DNA of 64,000 nucleotides. It comes from Thermoanaerobaculia bacterium. Its GTDB lineage: Bacteria > Acidobacteriota > Thermoanaerobaculia > UBA5066. The translations under genes were made by a program, and so were the position numbers. Shown piece by piece: positions 32,622 to 41,945 of the stretch; within the stretch, counting starts at the first letter, position 1; each line of letters opens with the position of its first letter. The notes under the pieces are model-generated. The model had not been told where the DNA came from and made no database searches. It saw only the letters and a list, made by a program, of their open reading frames with translations. Location: NCBI GenBank assembly GCA_963719225.1, contig CAVRAY010000001.1:128001-192000 (forward strand), written 5' to 3'.

Positions 32622-33004
32622 GCCCGGGGTTCCGCCGCGCGGCAGCTCTCCTCGTGGCCTCCGCGGCGCTCGTGGTCCTGGCGGCACGCGCGATCGACTC
32701 CGCCACTCCCCTGAACGCTTCGCTCTCGGTGGCGAAGAAGTTCTGGCGCGCCGGCTCGACGACCCGGCTGTTGAACTCGCGACCGTTCCGGCGCGATCCG
32801 GAGCTCGGCGCCGCCCTCCTTTCCCGTGACCGACTCCTTCCGCTCGGCGCCGACGTCGTCCTCACGGTGCCGGCGTCCCTCCCGGAAGACGCCGCAGAGG
32901 AGATGCGGCGGAAAGCGGCCTTCGTCCTCGCACCGCGGCGGGTGACGCTCGCCCGTGGCGAGACGCGCCCTCAGGGGTTTGCGCTGGCCCCGGGCCGGCC
33001 GTGA
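32618..33004 (+). CDS. Hypothetical exported protein
   Basis: ATG overlaps the tyrA stop; hydrophobic N-terminus. Confidence 0.5.
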   Translation: MSPGFRRAAALLVASAALVVLAARAIDSATPLNASLSVAKKFWRAGSTTRLLNSRPFRRDPELGAALLSRDRLLPLGADVVLTVPASLPEDAAEEMRRKAAFVLAPRRVTLARGETRPQGFALAPGRP

Positions 33005-33008
33005 CGCC

Positions 33009-34100
33009 GTGAAAGGCGCCGCGTCCCGTCTCCTTCTCGCCGGAGCGAGCCTCCTCTTCGGGATCGGCATCCTCACGGCGGCCCTCGTCGCAATGCGCGA
33101 GCCCTTCGGGCTGAACGATTACACGGCGATCTGGGGGCTGAAGGCGCGGGCGCTCTACCGGTCTGGATCTCTCGCGTCGCTGTTCCGCGTGGACCCCGAC
33201 GGCGCGTTCTCGCACCCGGAGTACCCGCCTCTCTGGCCGCTTCTCCTCACGGTCACGACGCGGGCGCGCCTGCCGTACGACGATCTCGGCGCGACGCCGA
33301 TGTGGCCGCTTCTCGCTCTGGCGGCCTCGCTTCTCGCCGTCCACGCCGCGCGGTCGCTGCGTGTCGCGTGGCCTTTCGCGCTCCTCGCGGGCGCGGCAGT
33401 CTCGCTCCTCCCATACTGGAGGCGTTACCCGGGCTACGCAGAGGGACTGCTCCTCGTCTTCGTCCTTGCCGCTGCCGGCGAAGCCGCGCGCGCGGGTTGC
33501 GATCGGGGCGCGACGATTCGGCTGTCGGTGTTCCTGACGCTCGCGGCCTGGACGAAACCGGAAGGACTCGTCGCGGCCCTTGCGGCAGCGGCCGTCCTCG
33601 TCCTCGCGAGGCGCAAGCGGGCGGCCCTTCTCGTCGCGCTCTCGGCCGTTCTGTTCGCGGCGGCCCCCTGGACGCTCGCCGTCTCGCGCCTCGCCCCGAC
33701 GACACCGCGCACGGATTTCGCGCTCTCCTCGTTCTCGGTCGCGAGTCTCGCCGGTGCCCTTGGAGCGCTCGCGTCGGAGGTGGCGCCGCACGCGGGCTGG
33801 ATCGCGGCGGCGGCCGTACTTCTCGCGCTCGCGCCCGAAACGCGGCGCGCGCGGCGGCCGGTCTTCGCGTGGTGCGGCCTCTATGCCGCGGTGCTCGTCG
33901 GCTCCTTCGCGTTCACGCGGCTCGCGCCCGCGTGGCACGTGCACTGGTCGTGGGACCGCCTCGTCCTCGTTCCGGTCGCCGTTATTCTTCCGGTGCTCGC
34001 CGAGGCCCTCGCGGAATGTGTGCAGGGGAAAAACATGCCCGGGCTTCTCTCAGCATCTCCGCCCGCGTCCCCTCGGGAGGCTCCTGTCCCAGAGCCCTGA
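33009..34100 (+). CDS. Polytopic membrane protein, possibly GT-C glycosyltransferase-like
   Basis: D..AIWGLKA; SHPEYPPLWP; WTKPEG; many TM helices. Confidence 0.6.
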   Translation: MKGAASRLLLAGASLLFGIGILTAALVAMREPFGLNDYTAIWGLKARALYRSGSLASLFRVDPDGAFSHPEYPPLWPLLLTVTTRARLPYDDLGATPMWPLLALAASLLAVHAARSLRVAWPFALLAGAAVSLLPYWRRYPGYAEGLLLVFVLAAAGEAARAGCDRGATIRLSVFLTLAAWTKPEGLVAALAAAAVLVLARRKRAALLVALSAVLFAAAPWTLAVSRLAPTTPRTDFALSSFSVASLAGALGALASEVAPHAGWIAAAAVLLALAPETRRARRPVFAWCGLYAAVLVGSFAFTRLAPAWHVHWSWDRLVLVPVAVILPVLAEALAECVQGKNMPGLLSASPPASPREAPVPEP

Positions 34101-34890
34101 GGGCGAATGCGAGCGTCGCCCTGAGGCGCGCCTCGCCGAGCGTCTCGATCGGGAGCGCGCCGTCTCTCTTGCCGAGCTTCCTTCCGTCATGGCCGAGGAC
34201 GAGAGGAAGATGCGCGTACGCCGGCGTGGGGAGGTGGAGAGCTCGCTGAAGGGCGAGCTGCCGCGCCGTCGAACCGAGGAGGTCCGCGCCACGCACGACC
34301 TGCGTCACGCCTTGAGCGGCGTCGTCCACGACGACCGCGAGCTGGTATGCGAAAGGGCCGTCGGCGCGCTTCACGACGAAGTCGCCGACGGAGACCCGGA
34401 GGTTTTCGGAGACTGGACCGAAGAGAAGATCTTCGAAAGTGAAGATCCCGGGCGGAACGCGGAAGCGGAAGGCGCGGGCGGCGCGGCCGGGCGGAAGTCC
34501 CGAGCGGCACCTGCCGGGATAGACGGCGCGTTCTCCCGGCGCGGGCGCCGAGGCCGCGCGAAGGAGGTCGGCGCGTGAACAAGCACAGGCGTAGACCATT
34601 TCCCTTCTAAGAAGATCTTCAAATGCCCTGTCATAGAGCGCGAGCCGGTTGGATTGGAAGACAACCTCCCCATCCCACGTCAACCCGTACCGCTCGAGAG
34701 TCCGCAGGATGTCGTCGGCGGCGCCGGGCACGACGCGCGGCGTGTCGAGATCCTCCATGCGCACGAGCCAGCGCCCGCCCGCGGCGCGCGCGAACAGCCA
34801 GGAGCCCAGGGCGGCAACGAGGCTGCCGAGATGCAGAGGGCCGGTGGGGGAGGGCGCGAATCGCCCGGTGACGCCGCTGGATTCCCTCAC
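33982..34890 (-). CDS. gluQ: Glutamyl-Q tRNA(Asp) synthetase
   Basis: Motifs GRFAPSPTGPLHLGS, RMEDLD, CACSR, YPGRCR, YQLAVVVDD, VVRGADLL and KLGKR; no anticodon-binding domain. Confidence 0.9.
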   Translation of the reverse strand: MRESSGVTGRFAPSPTGPLHLGSLVAALGSWLFARAAGGRWLVRMEDLDTPRVVPGAADDILRTLERYGLTWDGEVVFQSNRLALYDRAFEDLLRREMVYACACSRADLLRAASAPAPGERAVYPGRCRSGLPPGRAARAFRFRVPPGIFTFEDLLFGPVSENLRVSVGDFVVKRADGPFAYQLAVVVDDAAQGVTQVVRGADLLGSTARQLALQRALHLPTPAYAHLPLVLGHDGRKLGKRDGALPIETLGEARLRATLAFALRALGQEPPEGTRAEMLREARACFSPAHIPRGPRRAPEE

Positions 34891-34922
34891 GGAGCGAGGT
34901 TAACTCGCGAAAGGTCAGCCGC

Positions 34923-34951
34923 TTGACGCGGCTTCGCCCGTTCCTTACGAT
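34923..34951 (+). promoter_or_regulatory. Sigma70-type promoter of tRNA-Asn
   Basis: TTGACG (34923-34928), 17-nt spacer, TACGAT (34946-34951). Confidence 0.75.
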
Positions 34952-35015
34952 CCACCGCTCTCTCGTGCTCTTCTGCGCAGCCGCGCGTGCGCCGAGGAGC
35001 GGTGGTCTTTCACAT

Positions 35016-35090
<75 letters not shown>

Positions 35091-35134
35091 GACTTCTTCC
35101 CCGCGAAATTCAGTGAGGTTCGCGGTTAACAGAT

Positions 35135-35160
35135 ACCCCGCGAGATCCCTCGCGGGGTTT
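35135..35160 (+). terminator. Intrinsic terminator downstream of the tRNA
   Basis: ACCCCGCGAG-ATCC-CTCGCGGGGT, a 10-bp stem followed by a short T run. Confidence 0.6.
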
Positions 35161-35402
35161 CGTGTCTAAAGGGCGTGTGGTCAAAAGGGTTTACGACGGA
35201 GCGTCCGAGAGCCCGGTTCTCCGCCACGAAAACACAGAACGGCATGCCGCGCTAGAGAGGAGGGAATCGTCGCCAAAGCCGCTCTCTGTCGTCCCGAAAT
35301 GTCGAGAGCGGCTGAGAGCGGTTAACAGGTAGGACGGGGCGAGGCTCCGCTGGTTAACAGGGTCGACTGTAGGCGTCGGCGCGTGCGGTGGGCGTAGGCA
35401 GT

Positions 35403-35717
35403 TCAGACGGCCACGATGCCTGCCGCGGCAAGGACTTCGGGTCTCAGTTCTTCGAATCGCCGACCCTCTCCCACGAGATCCTTGAGAGAGGCTAGAGATA
35501 TCGCCGCACGCTCCGCGTAGCGTTCCTCGAGTCTGCGTGTTGAAACGGCGAAGAACCGCCACTGCTCGAGTTTAAATGGGTCAATCGAGGATTTCTCAGT
35601 GGAGTCAGGAGGGCGAACACATACACCTGAGCGTGTCGAACCGGCTCTGACGCCAGGGTATTTGTCTCGGGATCCCAGGCCCGGGTCGGCTTAATCGAGA
35701 ACGAGACGAGCGAGGGG
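35403..35717 (-). pseudogene. 3' remnant of an unrelated (possibly nuclease-like) gene, frameshifted and fused to the kinase stub
   Basis: Two frames give [15 protein letters not shown]...HAQVYVFALL and DPFKLEQWRFFAVSTRRLEE...ISLASL; no start codon of its own; lower GC. Confidence 0.5.
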
Positions 35718-35987
35718 CTCCGTGACGACGTATGGCCTGTCCTCGTGGCGCCCGACATCGTGGATCGTCAGGATGTTGGGATGATTCAGCGCGCCGACGG
35801 CTCGCGCTTCCCTCTCGAAACGGTTCAGGCTTGCTGGGTCCGTCGCCACGGACTCGGGCAGGACCTTGACCGCGACGTCCCTCGCGAGTCGCGTGTCCTT
35901 CGCCCGGTAGACTTCTCCCATTCCGCCCGCGCCGAGCTGCGCGAGGATCTCGTAGGGGCCGAGACGGGTGCCCGGGCCGAGCGTCAT
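35691..35987 (-). pseudogene. Truncated Ser/Thr kinase (N-lobe only)
   Basis: [33 protein letters not shown], then a stop before HRD/DFG. Confidence 0.88.
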
Positions 35988-36091
35988 GAAAGTCGACGAG
36001 ATTCTATCCGTGGGGGAGGGACTGTCTCACCGGCCGCCCGTCCTGCCAGTTCTAGGACTCCGGGAGCGGGGGCACCCACGAGTGGGGTGGC
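35988..36091 (-). repeat. Conserved ~100-bp kinase-upstream element, copy 1
   Basis: Shares the blocks GTCTCACCGGCCGCC, GTCCTGC, TCTAG, CGGGAGCGG and ACGAGTGGG with 38861-38958 and 46077-46175. Confidence 0.9.
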
Positions 36092-36183
36092 ACCCTTCAG
36101 CCTGACCTGTCGCGAGCCCCGCAACAGCTTCCATCCGAAGAAGATCGAGTCCTGAGATCATTTGAAGTTCTCAGATTCTCACG

Positions 36184-36225
36184 TGCGGAGCCATTCTTCC
36201 CCGCGAACTCGAGAATGAGTTCGCG
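36184..36225 (+). repeat. att-like copy of the tRNA-Asn 3' end plus hairpin
   Basis: TGCGGAGCCA matches 35081-35090 and TTCTTCCCCGCGAA matches 35094-35107; stem CGCGAACTC/GAGTTCGCG. Confidence 0.8.
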
Positions 36226-36238
36226 AAATCGGCCGGGA

Positions 36239-38860
36239 TCACTTCGCACCGGCCACCAGCTTCTGGAACCTCGGGTTCTTACGTAGCGGTTCAAAGGTGG
36301 GGTCGACACGGAGCCAGCCGGGGGTGAGGTAGAAGGGGGCCTTCAGCAGGGGTTCGAGCAGGTCGAGAGCTTTCTCTTGGTTGCCACAGAGGATATGGAT
36401 CCGGACGAGCTCAAGTTGAATGTACCGTAGGTCTCTGGGAGAGTTCTTTGCGATGGCCCTTAGCGCGACCGCCCTCTCTCCTTCGCGCACCGCCTCCCCT
36501 CTTTTCCCCAAGTAAGCCAGCGAGAGTGCCAGCTGGAGTCGGCGACCGACGTCATCCGGAGCCTGCTTTATTCGCGCCGCGAGGAGTTTTCTCGCCTCTT
36601 CGGCGTACTCAGTCACTCGTGCGGTGTCGATGGTCCTCGACCAAGCCTGTGCTAGGGTCATTCCCCATTCCACCCGGTCGTCATCGAACGCGGCAGGGGT
36701 CAGGCGACAAAGTGTGGCGTGTTGCTCGTCGTCCAGCAGCCAGTCCAGAGACCCGAACCAGGCGGCTAAAGTCGTTGGCGCGACGTCTTTAGGTACCGCG
36801 GCGACTACCGCCCGCGCCCCAGCGACGTCGCCCTCCTGGATGTAAGTCCGTGCTTTGGCCTCGACTAAATCGCCGTGCTTCGGGTCAATTGCAAGGCCCC
36901 GGTTGCAGACTACCCGTGCCTCGGCTCCACGGCGCAGGGCAATCAACCTGTCTGCCATGTCTCGCTGAATCAGCGTCGAACGGGGGTCGAGTGTTTCCCC
37001 TCTGTAAAGGAGCTCAAGTGCCTTGTCGGGGTCTTGCTCAAACCAAGACGACACCGAGAGCAGTTCCGCGTTCCGCGGGGATGTCTCCAGCGCTTGAGAG
37101 AGAAGATCGTGCGCCCGGGCGACATCTTTCTTGATTCGCGCGTAATAGAGTGCGAGGGCGAGCTTGGACTCCGGGAGACCAGGAGCCAACTCGACGGCGC
37201 GCTCAGCGGCGACTCTCGCTTCTTCGGCTTCGTGTGCCGAGGGCTCCATGGTCGCGAAGATCCAGGAGTGATGCAGGGAAAGGGTTGCCCACGCTAGAGC
37301 GAAGCGGGGATCGAGGGCCACCGCCTTTTCGTCAAACGTCACCGCGGCCCTGCGGCCGTACCCGGTCCGGGTGCTTTCTTTTCCCTTAAGGTAGGCGTCA
37401 TAGGCCGCGAGGTTCGATGTCGGGCGTGCTTCGAGGAGGCTGCGCTCTATCCCGGTCAGGACCACCTCCAGCGACTCCGCCACCTTCGTTGCGATCTCGC
37501 CCTGAACGCGGAACACATCCGACAGATCCGCGTCGAAGGCTTCTTGCCAGCGAGCCGTCGGCGCACCTCCACTTCCCACCTCCACGAGCTCCGGCGTGAC
37601 ACGGATGCGGCTCGCCTGTCCCGCCCTCTGCCGCTGCACCTTGGCCATTAGAAGGTAACCGACCCCAAGCTCCTTGGCGATCTGTTCAGGCGGCTTTGTG
37701 GTCGCTCGGTACTGGTTCGCGCTTGCGCTCGCAGTGACAGCGAGGCCGTGTAACCCCGTAAGCTTGCTGCGCACTTCGTCCGTCATTCCATCCGCAAAGT
37801 AGCCGTCTTCCGCTACCCCCTGGTTCTCGAAGGGAAGTACAGCGACACGCTTTATGCCCCCAGCCCCGCTCCTGTGAAAGACGGGCCAAAGAAAAATGCC
37901 AGTGACAGCCAGTGCGACCAAGAGAAGCGCTGCGCCCGTCAGCGATCTTCGGTGCCGATGGAGCCAGACTCCCGTTGGCGACATTGGAGTCACGGGTAGT
38001 GCGCTCGAAACCTCCGGGAGCGCTTCGAGCGCGAAGACGACGTCGCGAGCGGAATGGAACCGGCTGACCGTCTCCTTCTCGAGGCAGTGCCGGACGACTT
38101 TCTCAAGCGCCGCCGGGACGCCTCGGTTGGTCTCGGTGAGGTCCGGCGGCTCCTCGCGCAGGATCGCCGTCATGATCTCGGCGGGCGTGTCGCGCAGGAA
38201 GGGCCGTTTTCCCGACAGCATCTCGTAGAGGACAACGCCGAGCGAGAAGAGATCCGACCGCGCGTCGACGGGCTGGCCGCGGACCTGCTCGGGCGACATA
38301 TAGGCGACGGTGCCGATGGCGGTGCCGGGCTGCGTGGCCGTTGCCGTGAGCGTCGCGGTGTCGACGCCGGCGGCCTCGGTGGACGGAAGCAGTTTAGCGA
38401 TACCGAAGTCGAGGATCTTGACGCGCCCGTCCTTCGTCACGAAGACGTTCTCAGGCTTGATATCGCGGTGGACGATCCCCTTCTCGTGCGCAGCGGCGAG
38501 GCCGTGCGCGATCTGGATGGTGTAGTCGACCGCTTTCTTCGGCGACAGGGGAGCGTCGAGCTTTTCTCGGAGCGATTCGCCCTGCAGAAGCTCCGAGACG
38601 ATGAAGGGAATGTCTCCGTATGTGCCTACGTCGTGGACGACGAGGATGTTGGGGTGGTCGAGGTGGGCGGCGGCGCGAGCCTCCTTCTCGAAGCGCGACA
38701 GGCGGTCGGGGTCGGTGGCTAGGAGGGGTTTGACGACCTTGAGAGCGACGTCTCGCCCGAGCCTCGAGTCCCGCGCCCGGTAGACCTCGCCCATCCCGCC
38801 CGCGCCGAGTTGCGCGAGGATCTCGTAGGGGCCGAGACGGGTGCCCGGGGAGAGTGTCAT
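36239..38860 (-). CDS. Ser/Thr kinase - TM - TolB-N-like - TPR protein
   Basis: Complete kinase motifs; VAVLPFEN...YFADGMTDE; AYDAYLKG; TPR-like repeats; [16 protein letters not shown] terminus. Confidence 0.93.
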   Translation of the reverse strand: MTLSPGTRLGPYEILAQLGAGGMGEVYRARDSRLGRDVALKVVKPLLATDPDRLSRFEKEARAAAHLDHPNILVVHDVGTYGDIPFIVSELLQGESLREKLDAPLSPKKAVDYTIQIAHGLAAAHEKGIVHRDIKPENVFVTKDGRVKILDFGIAKLLPSTEAAGVDTATLTATATQPGTAIGTVAYMSPEQVRGQPVDARSDLFSLGVVLYEMLSGKRPFLRDTPAEIMTAILREEPPDLTETNRGVPAALEKVVRHCLEKETVSRFHSARDVVFALEALPEVSSALPVTPMSPTGVWLHRHRRSLTGAALLLVALAVTGIFLWPVFHRSGAGGIKRVAVLPFENQGVAEDGYFADGMTDEVRSKLTGLHGLAVTASASANQYRATTKPPEQIAKELGVGYLLMAKVQRQRAGQASRIRVTPELVEVGSGGAPTARWQEAFDADLSDVFRVQGEIATKVAESLEVVLTGIERSLLEARPTSNLAAYDAYLKGKESTRTGYGRRAAVTFDEKAVALDPRFALAWATLSLHHSWIFATMEPSAHEAEEARVAAERAVELAPGLPESKLALALYYARIKKDVARAHDLLSQALETSPRNAELLSVSSWFEQDPDKALELLYRGETLDPRSTLIQRDMADRLIALRRGAEARVVCNRGLAIDPKHGDLVEAKARTYIQEGDVAGARAVVAAVPKDVAPTTLAAWFGSLDWLLDDEQHATLCRLTPAAFDDDRVEWGMTLAQAWSRTIDTARVTEYAEEARKLLAARIKQAPDDVGRRLQLALSLAYLGKRGEAVREGERAVALRAIAKNSPRDLRYIQLELVRIHILCGNQEKALDLLEPLLKAPFYLTPGWLRVDPTFEPLRKNPRFQKLVAGAK

Positions 38861-38958
38861 GAAGGTCGACGAGATTCTATCCGTGGGGGGACTGTCTCAC
38901 CGGCCGCCTGTCCTGCGAACTCTAGATTTCCGGGAGCGGCACGCACGAGTGGGGTGGC
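38861..38958 (-). repeat. Conserved ~100-bp kinase-upstream element, copy 2
   Basis: Aligns with copies 1 and 3; carries TAGAAT 13 nt before the ATG on the minus strand. Confidence 0.9.
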
Positions 38959-39092
38959 AGTTTCAAGGAGGCTCCAACGCACCCGGAGCAACCCGTTCAT
39001 GCGCGAGCAGTTCTAGTCTGAGAACGGGTTGAATGTTCTTCGTTCGGCCTGAGAACGCAGTTCGTGTAGCCGTTCGACTGCCGAGCCATTCG

Positions 39093-39106
39093 AATGGCTC
39101 AGCGCG
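39093..39106 (+). repeat. Left 14-bp inverted repeat of the two-gene cargo
   Basis: AATGGCTCAGCGCG is the exact reverse complement of 43830-43843 and overlaps the 18-bp palindrome GAGCCATTCGAATGGCTC (39083-39100). Confidence 0.6.
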
Positions 39107-39301
39107 TCGGGAGGCCCTCGCTCTCGGCGCGCTGATTCTTTCAAAGACCTCCGGCGCCGCGGGCCTTCCGTGGAACGAGAGGCGAAGGTGGGATGGCGGC
39201 CGAGAAACTTGCCCTGCGGCATCAACTCGGCATCCTCCCTCGCTCGAGGCCCGCCCGACTTCATCTAACTTCGTGGGACGAGCCCTCTGGACATTTGTTC
39301 T

Positions 39302-41920
39302 TCAACGCTCTTCCTCGGACGACACCCTGACGAGCTCCGTGAGGTCCCGCTCGGGAATCCGCACTTTCGACTCCATCAGCTGCACCTGATAGGGCGATGC
39401 CACCGACAGCAGATAGGAGAGGGTCAGGATGCGGGTGGGCTCGTCCCACGTCGTGAAGCGCTCCAGGATGAAGGCGCCGTACGGCCAACCCGGTTTGTCC
39501 TCCCCGTCGGGCTGATGCGGAGGGACGTTCGGATTGATCTCGTCCTGACCGGGCTCGTGCATGTAACGGCCGTAGGCGGGACACGGGTCGAACAGCGTGA
39601 TCTCGTCGGACCACGCGACCAGGTCCCGGCTGACGCGGATGACCACGGGCGCCCGGAATTGCCCGGTCACGTCCCAGGCCGTCGAATAGAGGACGATCCA
39701 GTATCCGGGCTCCTCGAGCCACGCCGCGGAAACGTGCGTGTACTGGTTCGGGTTTTTCTGCAGACGGAAGACGCTCGAATCGGGGCTGCCGTCCGGCGTC
39801 TCGAGCCACTTCCTCTGGCCCGCGTGGTAGTACCTCGTGGCGTCGAAGGCAGGCCGGGAGCCGTGGCTCAAGGACATCCAGGCCAGGCGGAACAAGTTGC
39901 CGTCGAAACCGATCATGACGAGTCCCGGTCCCGCGTCGGAGGGCAGGACCGGGTGGCTGGCGTTGTCGACGACGCAGGGCGCGAGCCATTGAAACCAGTT
40001 CCGCTGGTCGGCCCGGACCATGCCATGGCATCGCATGCAGAACCGCCATCCGCCCCGGGCGTCCTCGCCCGGATTGTGGCTCAGGCCGAAGTCGAACCCC
40101 ATTGCGAAGTGTCCGCCCCGATCCACCGGGCAGAGTCCCTTGTCGGCGGAGCCGTTGAAGAAGAGGGCGGCGCACTTGACGCAGAAGCGCCAGCTCGTCT
40201 GGAGGTCGAAGGAGTCCTGCTGGTCGTGGGGCAGGGAAAAGACGTAGCCGGCCGCCGCGTGGACCCCACCGTCTCTGGGGCACCGGCCCTTGTCCGAGGA
40301 TCCGTTGAAGAACAGCCCCCCGCACTTGCCGCAGCAGCGCCACTCCGACTGGCTCCCGGAGACGTCCCCCGCGTCGTGCGCGAGAACGAAGTCGTACCCC
40401 ATCGCCGCGTGTCCGAGCCCGTCTCTCGAGCAGACTCCCTTGTTGTCGACGTCGTAGAAGAGCCCCGAGCACTTGCCGCAGAAGCGCCAGTGCGCCTGGT
40501 GCGTCGGGTCCTCTTCGATAGAGCCGTGCGGCGCATGGAGGTTGGCGCCGACCGCAAAGTGTCTGCCGCCGTCGGGACAGAAACCCGATGGATCCCCGTT
40601 CCAGAACAGGACGAGGCATTTTCCGCACTGCCGCCAGTTTGCCTGGCTCTGCGCCTCGTCCCCGCCCGGGCCCTCCGCGAGCGAATAGTCGGCGGTGTCC
40701 GACGGATCCGCTTCGTGGGCGCCCACCCGCTGGCAGACGCCCTTGAAAGCCGGATCGCCGTTCCAGAACAGCGCTTCGCACTTCCGACAGTTGCGCCATC
40801 CGGACTTGCGGCCGGGCGTGGAAGCGGGCAGATCGTGCTGCAGAACGAACCGGAGCCCGCGGATATCGTGAGAGAGAAACGCGGTCCGGCGAAGGTTCGC
40901 CGCGCACCAGCCGAGCTTCGGGCTGAACAGGAACTCGGTCTCGTAGGGCCCCAGGACGGACGGGTCCGCCTTGCTGAACAGGTACTGACCGAGAGCGGGG
41001 TCGCCGTCGCGCCGGAAGTGAGAGTAGGGCACGCCCGCGATGCCCGCGAAGACATAGGCCCGCCCGTCGAAGCTGAAGGCGCCGTTCGGCGTCTCGAGGC
41101 GGCGCGTCGCTCCGATCGGATCGGCGGCGAAGAACGGCTCGAAGTGGCCATCTCTCCGCACGACGGGATGCAGGTGGAACCCTCCGCCCGAGGCGCCCGC
41201 GCAGACTCCCTTGACGACGTCGCCGTTCCAGAACAGCGCGGCGCAGTTTCCGCAGAAGCGCCAGTCCGATTGCGCGCCCGCGTCGGGATTTCCCCCGGGA
41301 GGCGCGACGGGCAGCACGAACCGGTTGCCCGCGTGCACGTGGGTCATGCCCGCCGGGCAGACTCCCTTGAATCCGGAGTCGCCGTCCCAGAAGAGCGAGG
41401 CGCACTTTCCGCAGAAACGCCAGTCGGGCTGGCCGGCGACGCTCGTCGGCTCGAACGGAAGCACGAACTTCGCTCCGAGGCCGAACGTGTCGTGTTTGCC
41501 CTCCCTGGAGCAGGCGCCCTTGAAGCCGGGGTCGCCGTTCCAGAAGAGCACGCCGCACTTGAGGCAGAACTGCCAGTCGTGTTGTCCCGAAGCACCCGTC
41601 GGCTCGAACGGCAGGACGAAGATCCACCCCTTCGGCAGGTGGCCGCCGTGCCGGAGCACGCGACTCTCATCGGTCCATGCCACGAGATCCGAGTTCTCGA
41701 TGTCCTGCGACCCCTGGTTCGTCGCGACGTCTCCGAAGAAGATGTAGGTGCGGTCGCCGTGCTGCGTGGTGGCGCCGAGGTCCACGCCGAGGACGCCGTA
41801 GGGGCCCGTGTCGTTCAGCAGGGGCCAGAGCTCCGGGTCGACGAGGTCCGGCCACTTCTCGCCGGTCGTGCCCGTGAGCTGGCCGATTCGAATCGTGCTG
41901 AGGACCTGAATGAAGGCCAT
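39302..41920 (-). CDS. DUF4185-like protein with inserted Cys/His-rich repeats
   Basis: GVLGVDLG...YIFFGD N-terminus and YGAFI...YLLS...PYQVQLM C-terminus; 8 full plus 1 partial WxxCxxCxxLF(W/F/Y)xG...GxC...H repeats. Confidence 0.7.
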   Translation of the reverse strand: MAFIQVLSTIRIGQLTGTTGEKWPDLVDPELWPLLNDTGPYGVLGVDLGATTQHGDRTYIFFGDVATNQGSQDIENSDLVAWTDESRVLRHGGHLPKGWIFVLPFEPTGASGQHDWQFCLKCGVLFWNGDPGFKGACSREGKHDTFGLGAKFVLPFEPTSVAGQPDWRFCGKCASLFWDGDSGFKGVCPAGMTHVHAGNRFVLPVAPPGGNPDAGAQSDWRFCGNCAALFWNGDVVKGVCAGASGGGFHLHPVVRRDGHFEPFFAADPIGATRRLETPNGAFSFDGRAYVFAGIAGVPYSHFRRDGDPALGQYLFSKADPSVLGPYETEFLFSPKLGWCAANLRRTAFLSHDIRGLRFVLQHDLPASTPGRKSGWRNCRKCEALFWNGDPAFKGVCQRVGAHEADPSDTADYSLAEGPGGDEAQSQANWRQCGKCLVLFWNGDPSGFCPDGGRHFAVGANLHAPHGSIEEDPTHQAHWRFCGKCSGLFYDVDNKGVCSRDGLGHAAMGYDFVLAHDAGDVSGSQSEWRCCGKCGGLFFNGSSDKGRCPRDGGVHAAAGYVFSLPHDQQDSFDLQTSWRFCVKCAALFFNGSADKGLCPVDRGGHFAMGFDFGLSHNPGEDARGGWRFCMRCHGMVRADQRNWFQWLAPCVVDNASHPVLPSDAGPGLVMIGFDGNLFRLAWMSLSHGSRPAFDATRYYHAGQRKWLETPDGSPDSSVFRLQKNPNQYTHVSAAWLEEPGYWIVLYSTAWDVTGQFRAPVVIRVSRDLVAWSDEITLFDPCPAYGRYMHEPGQDEINPNVPPHQPDGEDKPGWPYGAFILERFTTWDEPTRILTLSYLLSVASPYQVQLMESKVRIPERDLTELVRVSSEEER

Positions 41921-41945
41921 GGCTTTTTCTATCGCGACCTGGAAA

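Noticed and set aside
39302-41920. Multiheme cytochrome c
   Set aside because: The motifs are CxxC without the adjacent His (only one CxxCH, in the partial repeat), and there is no signal peptide.
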